A DNA stretch of 64,000 nt from Aestuariibacter sp. (GCA_047947135.1 CP170457.1:720027-784026); one strand, 5' to 3'. Shown: positions 1-9,775, counted from the first letter of the stretch. Notes: generated by a model from the sequence alone, not told the origin. A program made the numbers and translations.

Positions 1-607
1 GATGCTTAAAAACAAAATCAAATAGCGACTCCAGCTTCGCTTTGTCACCGGTATGATGAAAATACTCAAAATGACCAAAGCGGAGGTGACTGGCGCAGAC
101 TCGTATCAACATGGCGCCGGTTTCCAGAGACTCCCGTTGCACAGGGTGTTGGCTGGAGATTAAACATAGCGCTCGTGATGTTGGGATACCCAACGCATGT
201 AAGGACTCACTAATGACATACTCGCGAATCGTTGAACGCAGTACGGCTCTGCCATCTCCAAAACGGCTATAGGGGGTTTGCCCTGCGCCTTTCAGGTGCA
301 AATCCCACGGCGCACCCGCCTTATCTCGCACCTCACCAAGCAACAAGCCTCGACCATCACCGATATCAGGATTCCACTGACCAAACTGATGCCCTCCGTA
401 TTTTTGGGCAACGGCGCCCGCAGATAACGCACCATCAGCAGCAAATAATGCCTCAAGCAGGCCTTCCTGTTGTTGCCAACTTTGAGGTAATTGCAATTGC
501 TGATAAAGCGATTCGTTACTCAGCACCAATTGTGGTTGTTGCAATGCCTGAGGTTGCACTTTGCTGACCAGCTGTGACAATTCCTTGGCATAAAAATGAT
601 TTAACAT
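1..607 (-). CDS. selO: Protein adenylyltransferase SelO (YdiU/UPF0061 family). The N-terminal part of the gene sits in the window and the 3' end runs off the window start.
   Basis: The reverse-strand translation from an ATG at 607 reads [14 protein letters not shown]...[24 protein letters not shown]...[44 protein letters not shown]...[13 protein letters not shown]. This matches the conserved SelO/YdiU N-terminus. The frame stays open to position 1. Confidence 0.8.
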   Translation of the reverse strand, partial: MLNHFYAKELSQLVSKVQPQALQQPQLVLSNESLYQQLQLPQSWQQQEGLLEALFAADGALSAGAVAQKYGGHQFGQWNPDIGDGRGLLLGEVRDKAGAPWDLHLKGAGQTPYSRFGDGRAVLRSTIREYVISESLHALGIPTSRALCLISSQHPVQRESLETGAMLIRVCASHLRFGHFEYFHHTGDKAKLESLFDFVFKH

Positions 608-804
608 AGAAAGGTACGCTTTATCTAAGACAGACACAGGATAATACCGATGCTGAAGTATCAATGCCAATTAAGATCCGGACACTAATTCAGTATTTAC
701 GAGGTACAAGTGCAACTTCTCACTGGTAATACTTTTCAATTTGCTGATTTTTCATCTAGGATTGCCCCTGTACGGAAAAATGCAGGCCACCACTAAACTT
801 CGGA

Positions 805-1125
805 ATGACCATGAAAAAAATCGTTATTGGACTACTCACCTCTATTCTTATCGCTGGCATGAGTCCGGCAATCGCTCAGGATGCGGCGAAGGGAAAAGCA
901 AAATCTTCTTCCTGTATTGCCTGCCATGGTGCAAATGGCATCTCAATGATTCCAATGTATCCAAACCTGGCAGGACAAAAGCAACAATATCTTGAGTTAC
1001 AATTAAAAGCCTTCCGCGATGGCACTCGCAAAAATCCGGTAATGTCGCCTATGGCCGCAGGATTGAGTGACCAAGATATTGCCGATATTTCCGCTTACTA
1101 CGCGAACCTGAATCCAGCAGGCTAA
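805..1125 (+). CDS. Periplasmic mono-haem class I c-type cytochrome (c5/c553-like).
   Basis: N-terminal signal peptide MKKIVIGLLTSILIAGMSPAIA. Single CIACH haem-binding motif. A downstream Met (MSPMAAG) could serve as the sixth ligand. About 10 kDa. Confidence 0.85.
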   Translation: MTMKKIVIGLLTSILIAGMSPAIAQDAAKGKAKSSSCIACHGANGISMIPMYPNLAGQKQQYLELQLKAFRDGTRKNPVMSPMAAGLSDQDIADISAYYANLNPAG

Positions 1126-1171
1126 AGGCGGCAACATAATCGCACTTATACTGGTTGAGCCGGATGCCACA

Positions 1172-1489
1172 TTGCGTGAAGCACTTCGGCTCAATTTGAT
1201 AACCACTGGTGGCTTTAAGGTGCGACCAGTTTCCGGGCTGAAACAGGCATTGCACTTGGAGCAACCGGATACTCGACTACTGATTAACAAATCGTTGTTG
1301 CAGGAAAAGGGATTATTGCCTGCAAAAAAACCACTGGTTTATCAATTCCACGTGGCAGCTGAACCCCAAATTACGCAACAATCACAACCTTATCCACACA
1401 TTGCGCTGGCTATTCCTGAAACGCACTTGTTGGGGTTTTCGCAATGCATAATAGATGCTTTATCTCTGATTGCAGCAAACGCTGAGTGA
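1172..1489 (+). CDS. Hypothetical small protein, possibly a degenerate CheY-like pseudo-receiver. The start is uncertain (TTG at 1172, and the frame is open back to 1112).
   Basis: The in-frame translation ...IIALILVEPDATLREALRLNLITTGGFKVRPVSGLKQALHLEQPDTRLLINKS... resembles a receiver fold, but the acidic pocket and phospho-acceptor are replaced (EPD, LLIN). There is no ATG start and no clear RBS. Confidence 0.3.
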   Translation: MREALRLNLITTGGFKVRPVSGLKQALHLEQPDTRLLINKSLLQEKGLLPAKKPLVYQFHVAAEPQITQQSQPYPHIALAIPETHLLGFSQCIIDALSLIAANAE

Positions 1490-1624
1490 CAACCATCATT
1501 CAGGTCAATTAGACTGGTCCATATTCAGTTCCTTGCGTATCTAAACTACACAGACTCATCAGAGTCTGTAGAATGCGTGCGAAGATTTAGCAAAAACAAA
1601 CTCTCTCAAACAAGGTAGCGGGTC

Positions 1625-2290
1625 ATGATTAAAGTTCACCATCTAAACAATTCACGTTCACAACGGGTATTATGGCTCTTGGAAGAGTTGCAGCTGGATT
1701 ACGACATCGTGTCTTACCAACGAGACAAACAGACCATGCTGGCCCCCGCAAGCCTGCGCGAAGTGCATCCCCTGGGTAAATCTCCAGTGATTGAAGACAA
1801 AGGTGAAATTATCGCAGAATCTGGCGCAATCATTGATTACTTAGGTCGAGTTTATGGTGCGGGAACATGGCGCCCAACTGAACAACAAGCGCACTTTCAA
1901 CAGTATCAATATTGGTTGCACTTTGCCGAGGGCAGTATGATGTCACCACTGCTGCTGAAACTGGTCATGCAAAAAATCGTTTCCAATGCACCGGCGTTGT
2001 TTATCAGGCCCATCGCCAAAGGTATTGCCGACCGAGTAAACGAGAACTTCATACAACCCAACCTGATCAGGCTACTAACCTATGTAGACACCCACTTAAA
2101 AATCCATGACTGGTTCGCCGGTGAAGAGATTAGTGGCGCGGATATCCAAATGAGCTTTCCGCTGGAAGCGTCGATGCATCGAGGATTGACACTTCCCTAC
2201 GAAGGAATTAACGAATATGTACAACGTGTTCAGGCCAGACCGGCTTACCAAAGGGCACTGAAACGCGGTGGGCAATACGATTACGCATAG
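1625..2290 (+). CDS. Glutathione S-transferase family protein.
   Basis: MIKVHHLNNSRSQRVLWLLEELQLDYDIVSYQRD...VHPLGKSPVIED...ESGAIIDYL shows the GST N-terminal thioredoxin-like fold motifs. A C-terminal helical domain follows. Confidence 0.85.
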   Translation: MIKVHHLNNSRSQRVLWLLEELQLDYDIVSYQRDKQTMLAPASLREVHPLGKSPVIEDKGEIIAESGAIIDYLGRVYGAGTWRPTEQQAHFQQYQYWLHFAEGSMMSPLLLKLVMQKIVSNAPALFIRPIAKGIADRVNENFIQPNLIRLLTYVDTHLKIHDWFAGEEISGADIQMSFPLEASMHRGLTLPYEGINEYVQRVQARPAYQRALKRGGQYDYA

Positions 2291-2307
2291 GCCACGCATA
2301 TTGTGCT

Positions 2308-2844
2308 TCAGGCCAGTGCATGACGCTGTATGGTACTCAGAAAAGCTGCCCCGTAGCGCTCTAATTTTGTTCGTCCTACACCATTAATGGTCAAAAAAGC
2401 GCTTTCGTCGACTGGTTGTAATGCCGCCATTTCCGCCAGTGTGGCATCATTGAAGACGACGTAGGGCGGTAATTCCTCTTGCTCAGCTAAACGCTTGCGT
2501 AGATGTTTAAGTTTGGCAAATAAGGCTTTGTCATACTGACGATGCGGTTTTTTACTCGATTTCTGCCAGGTTGACTGCAATCTGGGCACGGCGAGCGTTA
2601 ACGAAATCTCACCGCGCAAAATCGGCCGGGCCGCTTCACACAATTGCAATGCCGATTTTTGCGTAACTGCTTGTCTGATTAGGCCAAGGTGTATCAGCTG
2701 ATTAACTAAGTTCAACCAGTATCCTTCTGGTTTATCTTTACCAATACCAAACACGCTAAGCCGGGCCATATCAGGCGTAATGGCCGCAGTGCTTTTGCCT
2801 TTCAGCAGCGCCAACACGACGTCAATTGAATGACTTTGTTGCAC
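2308..2844 (-). CDS. recQ: RecQ C-terminal fragment (winged-helix plus HRDC domains). It is in the same frame as the upstream fragment and starts at a GTG immediately after the TGA.
   Basis: VQQSHSIDVVLALLKGKS...GIGKDKPEGYWLNLVNQLIHLGL...LPPYVVFNDATLAEMAALQP...INGVGRTKLERYGAAFL aligns with E. coli RecQ residues about 425-609. 4140 and 2844 are in the same frame. Confidence 0.8.
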   Translation of the reverse strand: MQQSHSIDVVLALLKGKSTAAITPDMARLSVFGIGKDKPEGYWLNLVNQLIHLGLIRQAVTQKSALQLCEAARPILRGEISLTLAVPRLQSTWQKSSKKPHRQYDKALFAKLKHLRKRLAEQEELPPYVVFNDATLAEMAALQPVDESAFLTINGVGRTKLERYGAAFLSTIQRHALA

Positions 2845-4140
2845 TCAATAAATTGTCGACAGGATTTTTTGCGCCGCAACTGTGCCATCAAAACGTTTCG
2901 GTGGGTCCAGGCAAATGTCGCAATTGCCGCAGGCTTGAGCGCGATATTCAGAGAAATAATTTAACAGGATTTGGCGGCGACAGGTCTGGGCTTCAGCAAA
3001 AGAAACTAACGCCTGAAACTTGTGCTGCTCAATCTCGCGACGCACCTCGTGCTGTCCTGACGCTATCCAGTCGCGGTTGCGCGCAACATCTTTTTCATCA
3101 AACAGTAGCAGTGCTTCTGCCGCTAATCCGTCTCGTCCGGCGCGACCTGTTTCCTGATAATATGACTCGATGCTGCGGGGCAGGTCATAATGTACCACAA
3201 AACGTACATTGGATTTATTGATACCCATGCCAAACGCCACAGTTGCGACAATCACCTGCACGTTGTCATTGATAAAATCCCGCTGTATCTGAGTCCGTTG
3301 AGCACTCTCCATACCGGCATGATAACCCGCGGCGCTGATCCCTTCTGCTTTAAGTTGCAGGGCCAGATCATCAACTTTTTTACGGCTGTTGCAATACACA
3401 ATACCGCTACCATCCTGACGTTTTAAGTAACTCAACAACTGCTGCAACGGGCGCAGCTTTTCGGTCAATAGATAGCGAATGTTAGGTCGGTCAAAACTGC
3501 TTTTAAATACATTCGCGTCAGGAATATGCAGCTGCATGAGAATATCCTGTTGCGTTGTATTATCGGCTGTAGCAGTCAACGCCATCAATGTTGCCTGTGG
3601 AAACCAGTTGCGCAGCATTCCCAGTTGACGATAGTCAGGGCGAAAATCATGCCCCCAATGGGAAACACAATGCGCTTCATCGACAGCAATAAGACTCACC
3701 GTCAGCTGTTGCAATGCATTCAAAAAATTCGGCTGCAGTAGTTTTTCCGGGGATATATAAAGCAGCTTGCTCTGTCCCGACAAAAGGGATTGAAAAGCCT
3801 GCCGCTGTTCTTCTGGCGATTGCCCAGAGTTAATCGTAACTGCCTGAACACCAGAGGCCTTTAAGGCATCCACCTGATCCTGAATCAAAGAAAGCAGCGG
3901 TGAAATTACCACTGAAATACCGGGCAATAACAACGCGGGTAGTTGGTAACAAATGGATTTACCACCACCGGTAGGCATCAACACCAGGGCGTCTTGCCCC
4001 TGCAAAACGGACTGCATAATATCCAGTTGGTTCGGTCGGAAACTACGATAACCAAAAATATCCGCTAACAGATCGGGTAATTGTGAACCATCCGGACGAC
4101 TTTGTTCTGATGGGTGACAGGCAGTACTGGCTTGTGACAA
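2845..4140 (-). CDS. recQ: ATP-dependent DNA helicase RecQ, N-terminal fragment (helicase core plus Zn-binding RQC part). It is terminated by an in-frame TGA.
   Basis: FGYRSFRPNQ, LMPTGGGKSICYQLPALL, DEAHCVSHWGHDFRPDY, Zn-finger CRRQILLNYFSE...CGNCDICLDPP. It ends ...AQKILSTIY and then TGA at 2845-2847. Confidence 0.85.
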   Translation of the reverse strand: MSQASTACHPSEQSRPDGSQLPDLLADIFGYRSFRPNQLDIMQSVLQGQDALVLMPTGGGKSICYQLPALLLPGISVVISPLLSLIQDQVDALKASGVQAVTINSGQSPEEQRQAFQSLLSGQSKLLYISPEKLLQPNFLNALQQLTVSLIAVDEAHCVSHWGHDFRPDYRQLGMLRNWFPQATLMALTATADNTTQQDILMQLHIPDANVFKSSFDRPNIRYLLTEKLRPLQQLLSYLKRQDGSGIVYCNSRKKVDDLALQLKAEGISAAGYHAGMESAQRTQIQRDFINDNVQVIVATVAFGMGINKSNVRFVVHYDLPRSIESYYQETGRAGRDGLAAEALLLFDEKDVARNRDWIASGQHEVRREIEQHKFQALVSFAEAQTCRRQILLNYFSEYRAQACGNCDICLDPPKRFDGTVAAQKILSTIY

Positions 4141-4205
4141 ACTTGCGCAACTTTGATTCTTATTTTGCCGTAGTTTAGCGAATTACCGTTAGGAGTGCAC
4201 TTGTA

Positions 4206-4679
4206 ATGTCCGGGGAAACCTTGCTCGACAATCAACAAATGGCCAGTATTGTCATGGATATTTTTGACCGACGTTTGCCATACAACCAGTTTTTAGGGTT
4301 TCAGGTAGACAAGTCAGATTTAGCGCAGGCAAAAATACAACTGCCCTGGCAAGATAGCTTGATGGGCAACCCTTTTCACAAGATCCTGCACGGTGGTGTT
4401 ACGTCTGCTATTCTGGACACTGTGGGTGGATTAAAAGCCATGTTGTATGCCGCTCAGGAAATGGAACCGATGTCACCACAAGCATTTAGCCAGCGTATGG
4501 CGAATATCGGCACCATCGATTTACGAGTCGACTATTTACGTCCGGGCAAGGGAGAAATGTTTGTTGCAACGGCAGACATCATCCGGAAAGGCAATAAAGT
4601 CGCGGTTTGTCGTATGGAGTTGCACAACGAGTCCGGCACCCATATCGCATTTGGCACCGGCACTTATATGATGTCTTAA
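4206..4679 (+). CDS. yigI: Hotdog-fold thioesterase (YigI/PaaI family).
   Basis: HGGVTSAILDTVGG...IDLRVDYLRPGKG...ATADIIRKGNKVAVCRMELHNESG is the PaaI/4HBT-type hotdog motif. It sits next to rarD and recQ, as yigI does in E. coli. Confidence 0.8.
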   Translation: MSGETLLDNQQMASIVMDIFDRRLPYNQFLGFQVDKSDLAQAKIQLPWQDSLMGNPFHKILHGGVTSAILDTVGGLKAMLYAAQEMEPMSPQAFSQRMANIGTIDLRVDYLRPGKGEMFVATADIIRKGNKVAVCRMELHNESGTHIAFGTGTYMMS

Positions 4680-4770
4680 GTTTTACTTAAGTGAGCATAA
4701 CAATCCGTTTATTGCCAGGCATGCATAATTAGCGGAAAATTGCCGTCTTAGAAATAACCGGGAATTATCT

Positions 4771-5697
4771 GTGTTTCGCGATCCTGCCAAATTGGGCGTA
4801 TTATCCGCTATCGCCGCGTACGGCATGTGGGGCTTCGCTCCTATGTATTTTAAACTATTGCTCACTATGCCAGCAGTGGAAATTCTGATGCATCGGGTGG
4901 TGTGGTCAGTGGCGGTTTTGGTACTGATGGTCGTGTTGCTGAAGCAACATCAGAAAGTGCGTAAAGCACTGCTCAACACCAAAATGCTGTTGATTTTGAT
5001 GGTCTCCGGTTTGTTGCTTGGGGGGAACTGGCTGTTATTCATATGGGCAGTGAACAATGACCATTTGCTGGATGCTAGTCTCGGTTATTACATCAATCCA
5101 CTACTGAATATATTGTTAGGCCGCCTGTTTTTAGGAGAACGGCAAAGGCCATTGCAGCAGTTCGCCATCGTTTTGGCCGTTATTGGTGTTGCTATTCTGA
5201 TCATTTCTCATGGCAAATTCCCCTGGATAGCATTGCTGCTGGCGGGTAGTTTTGGCATTTATGGTTTGATAAGAAAGCAAGTCGCAGTGGAATCTATGCC
5301 GGGCTTGTTGGTTGAAAGTCTGTTAATGCTGCCTTTCGCTCTGCTTTTCTGGGTATTTTTTGCATCGCCCGACAGTAATATGCTGGTTAACGACAGCAAC
5401 ACCAACTTGATCCTGATCGCGGCGGGCATTGTTACCTCGGCCCCGCTGCTGTGTTTTACCGCAGCGGCAAAACGCATCCAATATTCTACCTTGGGCTTTT
5501 TTCAGTATATTGGTCCCAGTATCATGTTTTTACTGGCGGTGTTTTTGTACGGAGAACCATTGGATGAGGCACGTTTAGTCACTTTCGCGTTTGTCTGGAC
5601 GGCATTGCTTATATTCAGTTTTGACTCAATGCGTAACTATCGTAAACGCCCACCAGCAAAAATGGACAAGGCTGGCGTCACTCAGGAAGCGGTCTAA
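4771..5697 (+). CDS. rarD: EamA/DMT-family transporter RarD.
   Basis: About 10 TM helices. N-terminal GVLSAIAAYGMWGFAPMYFKLL matches the RarD signature. E. coli-like yigI-rarD adjacency. Confidence 0.85.
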   Translation: MFRDPAKLGVLSAIAAYGMWGFAPMYFKLLLTMPAVEILMHRVVWSVAVLVLMVVLLKQHQKVRKALLNTKMLLILMVSGLLLGGNWLLFIWAVNNDHLLDASLGYYINPLLNILLGRLFLGERQRPLQQFAIVLAVIGVAILIISHGKFPWIALLLAGSFGIYGLIRKQVAVESMPGLLVESLLMLPFALLFWVFFASPDSNMLVNDSNTNLILIAAGIVTSAPLLCFTAAAKRIQYSTLGFFQYIGPSIMFLLAVFLYGEPLDEARLVTFAFVWTALLIFSFDSMRNYRKRPPAKMDKAGVTQEAV

Positions 5698-5715
5698 ATC
5701 AGGCTCAGGCAACTA

Positions 5716-6951
5716 TCAATGGCAAATCTGATTTTTGCCCGCTTGTTTAGCCTTGTAGAGATTGGCGTCTGCTATCTTGATAGTATCGTTAATCTCCCCG
5801 TTAAAGGCGTCACTGACGCCAATGCTGATAGTGCAACGCACGACAATGCCCTGTACTCTGGTTTCAAGAGAAGCCAGCGCGCGGCGAAATATTTCGAGAC
5901 GATTAACTATTTCTTCCGTCGCCACACCGGAAAAAAACACGCAAAACTCTTCACCACCAAAGCGGCAATAATTAAATTCTTTAAAATGCTGTTTCAGCAG
6001 CTTGGCAATCAGTTTGAGCACCGTGTCGCCCGTCTGGTGACCATAAGTATCGTTGATTTCCTTAAAACCATCGACATCCATCACAGCAATGGCAACCTGT
6101 TTCGGGGAAAGTCGTAAACTCGCATCGATTCGGGAGAAAAAATGCCGGCGATTCGGTATACCTGTCAGATGGTCAATATTCGAAGCCTGGCGGATCAGGG
6201 CAATATTTTCGATATGTTCAATATTCTGGATTACCCGGCAGAAAAATTCTTCATGGCAATAAGGCTTGGAAATATAATCGTTTGCCCCACTTTTGATAAA
6301 ACGGGCTGATAATGCTGAACTGCCTTTACCGGACACTCCAATTATGGCGACATCCTCTTTTGAAAACGTGTTGCGAATTTCCGCCACCATCTCTATGCCA
6401 TTCATATTGGGCATGTTTTCGTCAGTGATCACCAATTTGATATCATTGTTCTGGCGCAGAACATTAAGCCCTTCTTCACCATCAGCGGCTTCATAAATAT
6501 TGAAGTTATGGCGACGCAACAATGACATTTGCATCATCCGTGTGAGACGGGAGTCGTCAACCACCAGCACACCAATGGATTTGTTTTTTTCCAAACGTTG
6601 CAGCAGTCGTCCCAGATAATCGAACACCTGGGCATTTTCTTTGGGAATATAGTCAACGACCTCTTTGGCCAGCACAGACTCACGTGTTCGTTCATCCAAA
6701 CGCCCGGTGATCACCACTGTGGGGACAAACGCATTGATGGCAAAGTCAATTGCTTCACCATCCGGCGCGTCAGGCAGATTATAGTCGACAACGGCACACA
6801 GATATTCTTCCGGGGAGGAGTGGCTAAAGTGGTGTTGGGCTTCTGTTAGGGATTGGGCTGAAACCGGAATTAGACCGACCTTTTCAATAAGATGCTCAAG
6901 CACTTTCATGCTTGTTGGGCTATCTTCAATTACCAGCACCTTTTTCTGCAT
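5716..6951 (-). CDS. PleD-like response regulator diguanylate cyclase (REC-REC-GGDEF). The ORF track extends it to 6996.
   Basis: Two receiver domains (KVLVIEDSP...; IGVLVVDDSRLTRMM...ITDENMPNMNGIEMV). GGDEF domain with the RFGGEEF active-site motif. The MQKKVLVIED start at 6951 has a GGAAAAG RBS. Confidence 0.8.
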   Translation of the reverse strand: MQKKVLVIEDSPTSMKVLEHLIEKVGLIPVSAQSLTEAQHHFSHSSPEEYLCAVVDYNLPDAPDGEAIDFAINAFVPTVVITGRLDERTRESVLAKEVVDYIPKENAQVFDYLGRLLQRLEKNKSIGVLVVDDSRLTRMMQMSLLRRHNFNIYEAADGEEGLNVLRQNNDIKLVITDENMPNMNGIEMVAEIRNTFSKEDVAIIGVSGKGSSALSARFIKSGANDYISKPYCHEEFFCRVIQNIEHIENIALIRQASNIDHLTGIPNRRHFFSRIDASLRLSPKQVAIAVMDVDGFKEINDTYGHQTGDTVLKLIAKLLKQHFKEFNYCRFGGEEFCVFFSGVATEEIVNRLEIFRRALASLETRVQGIVVRCTISIGVSDAFNGEINDTIKIADANLYKAKQAGKNQICH

Positions 6952-7017
6952 TTCTTTTCCATTTAAAGCGAAGTTCAAAAACGCCGGCATTGTCATCAGA
7001 TTTGTCGGGGTAATGTC

Positions 7018-9186
7018 TTATACTTTGGTTAATCGAGCATAATTCAGCACCAACCATTTACTGCCAAACTCGTCAAAGTTAACTTGTATTCTAGCAGAGT
7101 CTCCCTGACCTTCTATATTAAGCACGGTACCTTCGTTAAATTTACGATGGCAAACGCGGGCTCCCAGCTGAAAACCGGTGTCATTAAAGGCTTCGTGGGA
7201 AGTGGTGGGTTGAAAGCGGTTGCTTACCGGACGAGCCACCGTGGTGCGTAAACGCACCTCTTCGAGATATTCGGAAGGCATTTCCCGAATAAAACGTGAT
7301 TTGGTGTGATACTTGTCCTGACCATAAACTCTGCGGGTTTCCGCATAGGTGAGATACAAGCGCTGCATTGCTCGTGTCATACCAACATAACAAAGACGCC
7401 TTTCTTCCTCCATGCGACCGGTCTCTTCGGCACTTTGTTGGCTGGGAAACATACCCTCTTCGACGCCAGCAATAAACACCAATGGAAACTCCAGACCTTT
7501 GGCACTGTGGATGGTCATCATTTGCACTGCATCCTGATGGCTGTCTGCCTGCGTTTCGCCTGCCTCTAGCGATGCATGTGCCAAAAATGCCGCCAGAGGT
7601 GTCATTTCATCCACCTCTTCAGGCACCTCAAATTGTTTACAGGCCGTCACCAGTTCTTCCAGGTTTTCCACTCTGGCCTGGGCTTTTTCACCTTTTTCAG
7701 CCTGGTACAAGGCAAATAATCCTGAGCGTTTGATCACCGCATCGGCCAGCTCTTCCAACGGCAAATCAAACGTTTCCACCTGCAGCTGACTAATCAAATC
7801 AATAAATCCCTGCAAGGCATTCCCTGCCCGCGCAGCTAGTTGTTTTTGTTGCAACATTTTTTCACCCGCTTGCCACATCGACAGATTCTCATTGCGGGCG
7901 AACTCACGGATCTTTGCCACGGTTTTGTCTCCGAGGCTACGTGCCGGCACATTAACAATACGCTCAAACGCTGCATCGTCGGCAGGAAAGTTAACCAGCC
8001 GCATATAGCTCAGTGCATCTTTAATTTCCTGACGTTCAAAAAAGCGCATGCCACCATAAATGCGGTAGGGCAGACTCTCCGCCAATAACGCTTCTTCCAG
8101 AATCCGGGATTGTGAGTTATTCCGGTATAAGATGGCACAGTCATTCAACGCATTTCCCTGCTCAAACCATTCTTTAATGCGGGCAATGATAAACCTGGCT
8201 TCATCGGTTTCGTTAAAACCAGCAAACACCTTAATGGATTCACCTTCGCCTTGTTCAGTCCACAACTCTTTCCCAAGTCGTCCCTGATTGTTGCCAATAA
8301 CGGCATTGGCCGCCTTCAGGATGGTGCCGGTGGAGCGATAATTTTGCTCCAGACGAATAGTTTGCGCACCATTGTAATCGCGCAAAAAATACGAGATATT
8401 TTCGACATTAGCCCCTCGCCAACCATAAATGGATTGATCATCATCACCGACGATCATAGTGCTATTGTTAGGACAGGCGAGTAAGCGTAACCAGGCATAC
8501 TGGATATTATTGGTATCCTGAAACTCATCAACTAATACCGCGCGAAAACGCTGCTGATAATGCTGCAAAACATCAGGGTTATCGCGCCAAAGCTCATGGG
8601 CACGTAACAATAACTCGGCAAAATCTACAAGCCCGGCGCGGTCACAGGTTTCCTGATACTGTTGATAGATTTCCTGCATTTTACGTTTACTGTAATCATC
8701 ACCAGCATCAATATGTTGGGCGCGCAGACCTTCGTCTTTGTTGCCGTTGATGAACCATTGCACCTGCCTTGGGTTCCAGTGTTTTTCATCCAGATTCATG
8801 GCTTTAATGACGCGCCTTATCAGGCGATATTGATCGTCGCTGTCCAGTATTTGAAAATGTTCTGGTAATCGCGCTTCTCGGTAGTGGACGCGCAGCAAAC
8901 GATGGGCAATGCTGTGAAAGGTTCCGAGCCACATACCCGGCAATGCATGCCCTAAAAGAGATTCAACCCGACCGCGCATTTCTTTGGCGGCCTTATTGGT
9001 AAAGGTCACTGCCAAAATACTATGAGGAGCAATGCCCTCAACCTGCATTAACCAGGCAATTCGGTGCACCAAAACACGAGTTTTACCACTACCGGCACCC
9101 GCCAGAATCAACATATCTTGCGGCGCCGCGGCAACGGCCTCTCGTTGACTATCGTTTAATTTATCCAGAAGTACAGAAACGTCCAT
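7018..9186 (-). CDS. uvrD: DNA helicase II UvrD.
   Basis: MDVSVLLDKLNDSQREAVAAAPQDMLILAGAGSGKTRVLVHRIAWLM...VTFTNKAAKEMR matches E. coli UvrD nearly residue for residue. Full 722-aa length. Confidence 0.95.
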   Translation of the reverse strand: MDVSVLLDKLNDSQREAVAAAPQDMLILAGAGSGKTRVLVHRIAWLMQVEGIAPHSILAVTFTNKAAKEMRGRVESLLGHALPGMWLGTFHSIAHRLLRVHYREARLPEHFQILDSDDQYRLIRRVIKAMNLDEKHWNPRQVQWFINGNKDEGLRAQHIDAGDDYSKRKMQEIYQQYQETCDRAGLVDFAELLLRAHELWRDNPDVLQHYQQRFRAVLVDEFQDTNNIQYAWLRLLACPNNSTMIVGDDDQSIYGWRGANVENISYFLRDYNGAQTIRLEQNYRSTGTILKAANAVIGNNQGRLGKELWTEQGEGESIKVFAGFNETDEARFIIARIKEWFEQGNALNDCAILYRNNSQSRILEEALLAESLPYRIYGGMRFFERQEIKDALSYMRLVNFPADDAAFERIVNVPARSLGDKTVAKIREFARNENLSMWQAGEKMLQQKQLAARAGNALQGFIDLISQLQVETFDLPLEELADAVIKRSGLFALYQAEKGEKAQARVENLEELVTACKQFEVPEEVDEMTPLAAFLAHASLEAGETQADSHQDAVQMMTIHSAKGLEFPLVFIAGVEEGMFPSQQSAEETGRMEEERRLCYVGMTRAMQRLYLTYAETRRVYGQDKYHTKSRFIREMPSEYLEEVRLRTTVARPVSNRFQPTTSHEAFNDTGFQLGARVCHRKFNEGTVLNIEGQGDSARIQVNFDEFGSKWLVLNYARLTKV

Positions 9187-9245
9187 TCACTTTTTCATCA
9201 CAGATTGGTTATCGTTAGGGCGTATTGACCTAGTATAACGATAAA

Positions 9246-9265
9246 CACTGGATATTTATACACTT
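9246..9265. promoter_or_regulatory. Weak candidate LexA (SOS) box upstream of uvrD.
   Basis: cACTGGatatttatACACtt (CTGG-N8-ACAC) against the consensus CTGT-N8-ACAG. Two mismatches, including one in a conserved CAG. uvrD is SOS-regulated in E. coli. Confidence 0.25.
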
Positions 9266-9310
9266 AGTAAGGCGAGGATTGGCCGATTTCAGGCGCAATA
9301 TTGATAGACT

Positions 9311-9775
9311 TCAGGGTTGCAGACAGTCCTCTAAAATCATACTGACATGTTCAATATCATCTTCCAGATAGATATCAGAGACCTGTTTGAAACCCAGTTT
9401 GTTGTAGAAATTTAGCAGATAAGCCTGGGCACTGATCTTGATCGAATTATTAGGCCAGTGTGCCAAGGCAATGCGAATGCTTTGTTTAACAATATCGTAA
9501 CCCAGCCCATCACCTCGGGACGACGGAGCAATCACAATACGCCCAAGACAGGCATAATCGTCATATACCACTCCCGGAGCCAAAATGCGGACATAGGCCA
9601 CCAAATTTTGCTCCCGATAGAAGAGGTTATGCAGGGTTTCCGGGTGGCGGTCCAAATCATCGATGTCCTGATAGACGCAGTTTTGTTCGACAACAAAAAC
9701 TTCACTGCGCAAACGCAACAGGCTATACAGTTCATCGGTGCAAAGCTGTGCAAAGGTCAATGTCTTTTGTTCCAT
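9311..9775 (-). CDS. elaA: GNAT-family N-acetyltransferase, ElaA-like.
   Basis: LRSEVFVVEQNCVYQDIDDLD...LGRIVIAPSSRGDGLGYDIVKQSI...FYNKLGF aligns with E. coli ElaA (LRCAVFVVEQNCPYQDIDG...). Confidence 0.8.
   Translation of the reverse strand: MEQKTLTFAQLCTDELYSLLRLRSEVFVVEQNCVYQDIDDLDRHPETLHNLFYREQNLVAYVRILAPGVVYDDYACLGRIVIAPSSRGDGLGYDIVKQSIRIALAHWPNNSIKISAQAYLLNFYNKLGFKQVSDIYLEDDIEHVSMILEDCLQP

Larger units (their letters stand above)
2308..4140 (-). pseudogene. recQ: recQ interrupted by a single in-frame opal codon (CGA-to-TGA at a conserved Arg position). Candidate pseudogene, split gene or sequencing error.
   Basis: The two ORFs are collinear and in frame. Only the TGA at 2845-2847 separates them. 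The homologous position in E. coli RecQ is ..STIGR.., and Arg is common there in RecQ orthologues. Confidence 0.5.

Noticed and set aside
232-567. 111-aa plus-strand ORF
   Set aside because: It lies entirely antisense to the well-supported selO coding sequence. Its composition is not protein-like and it has no RBS.
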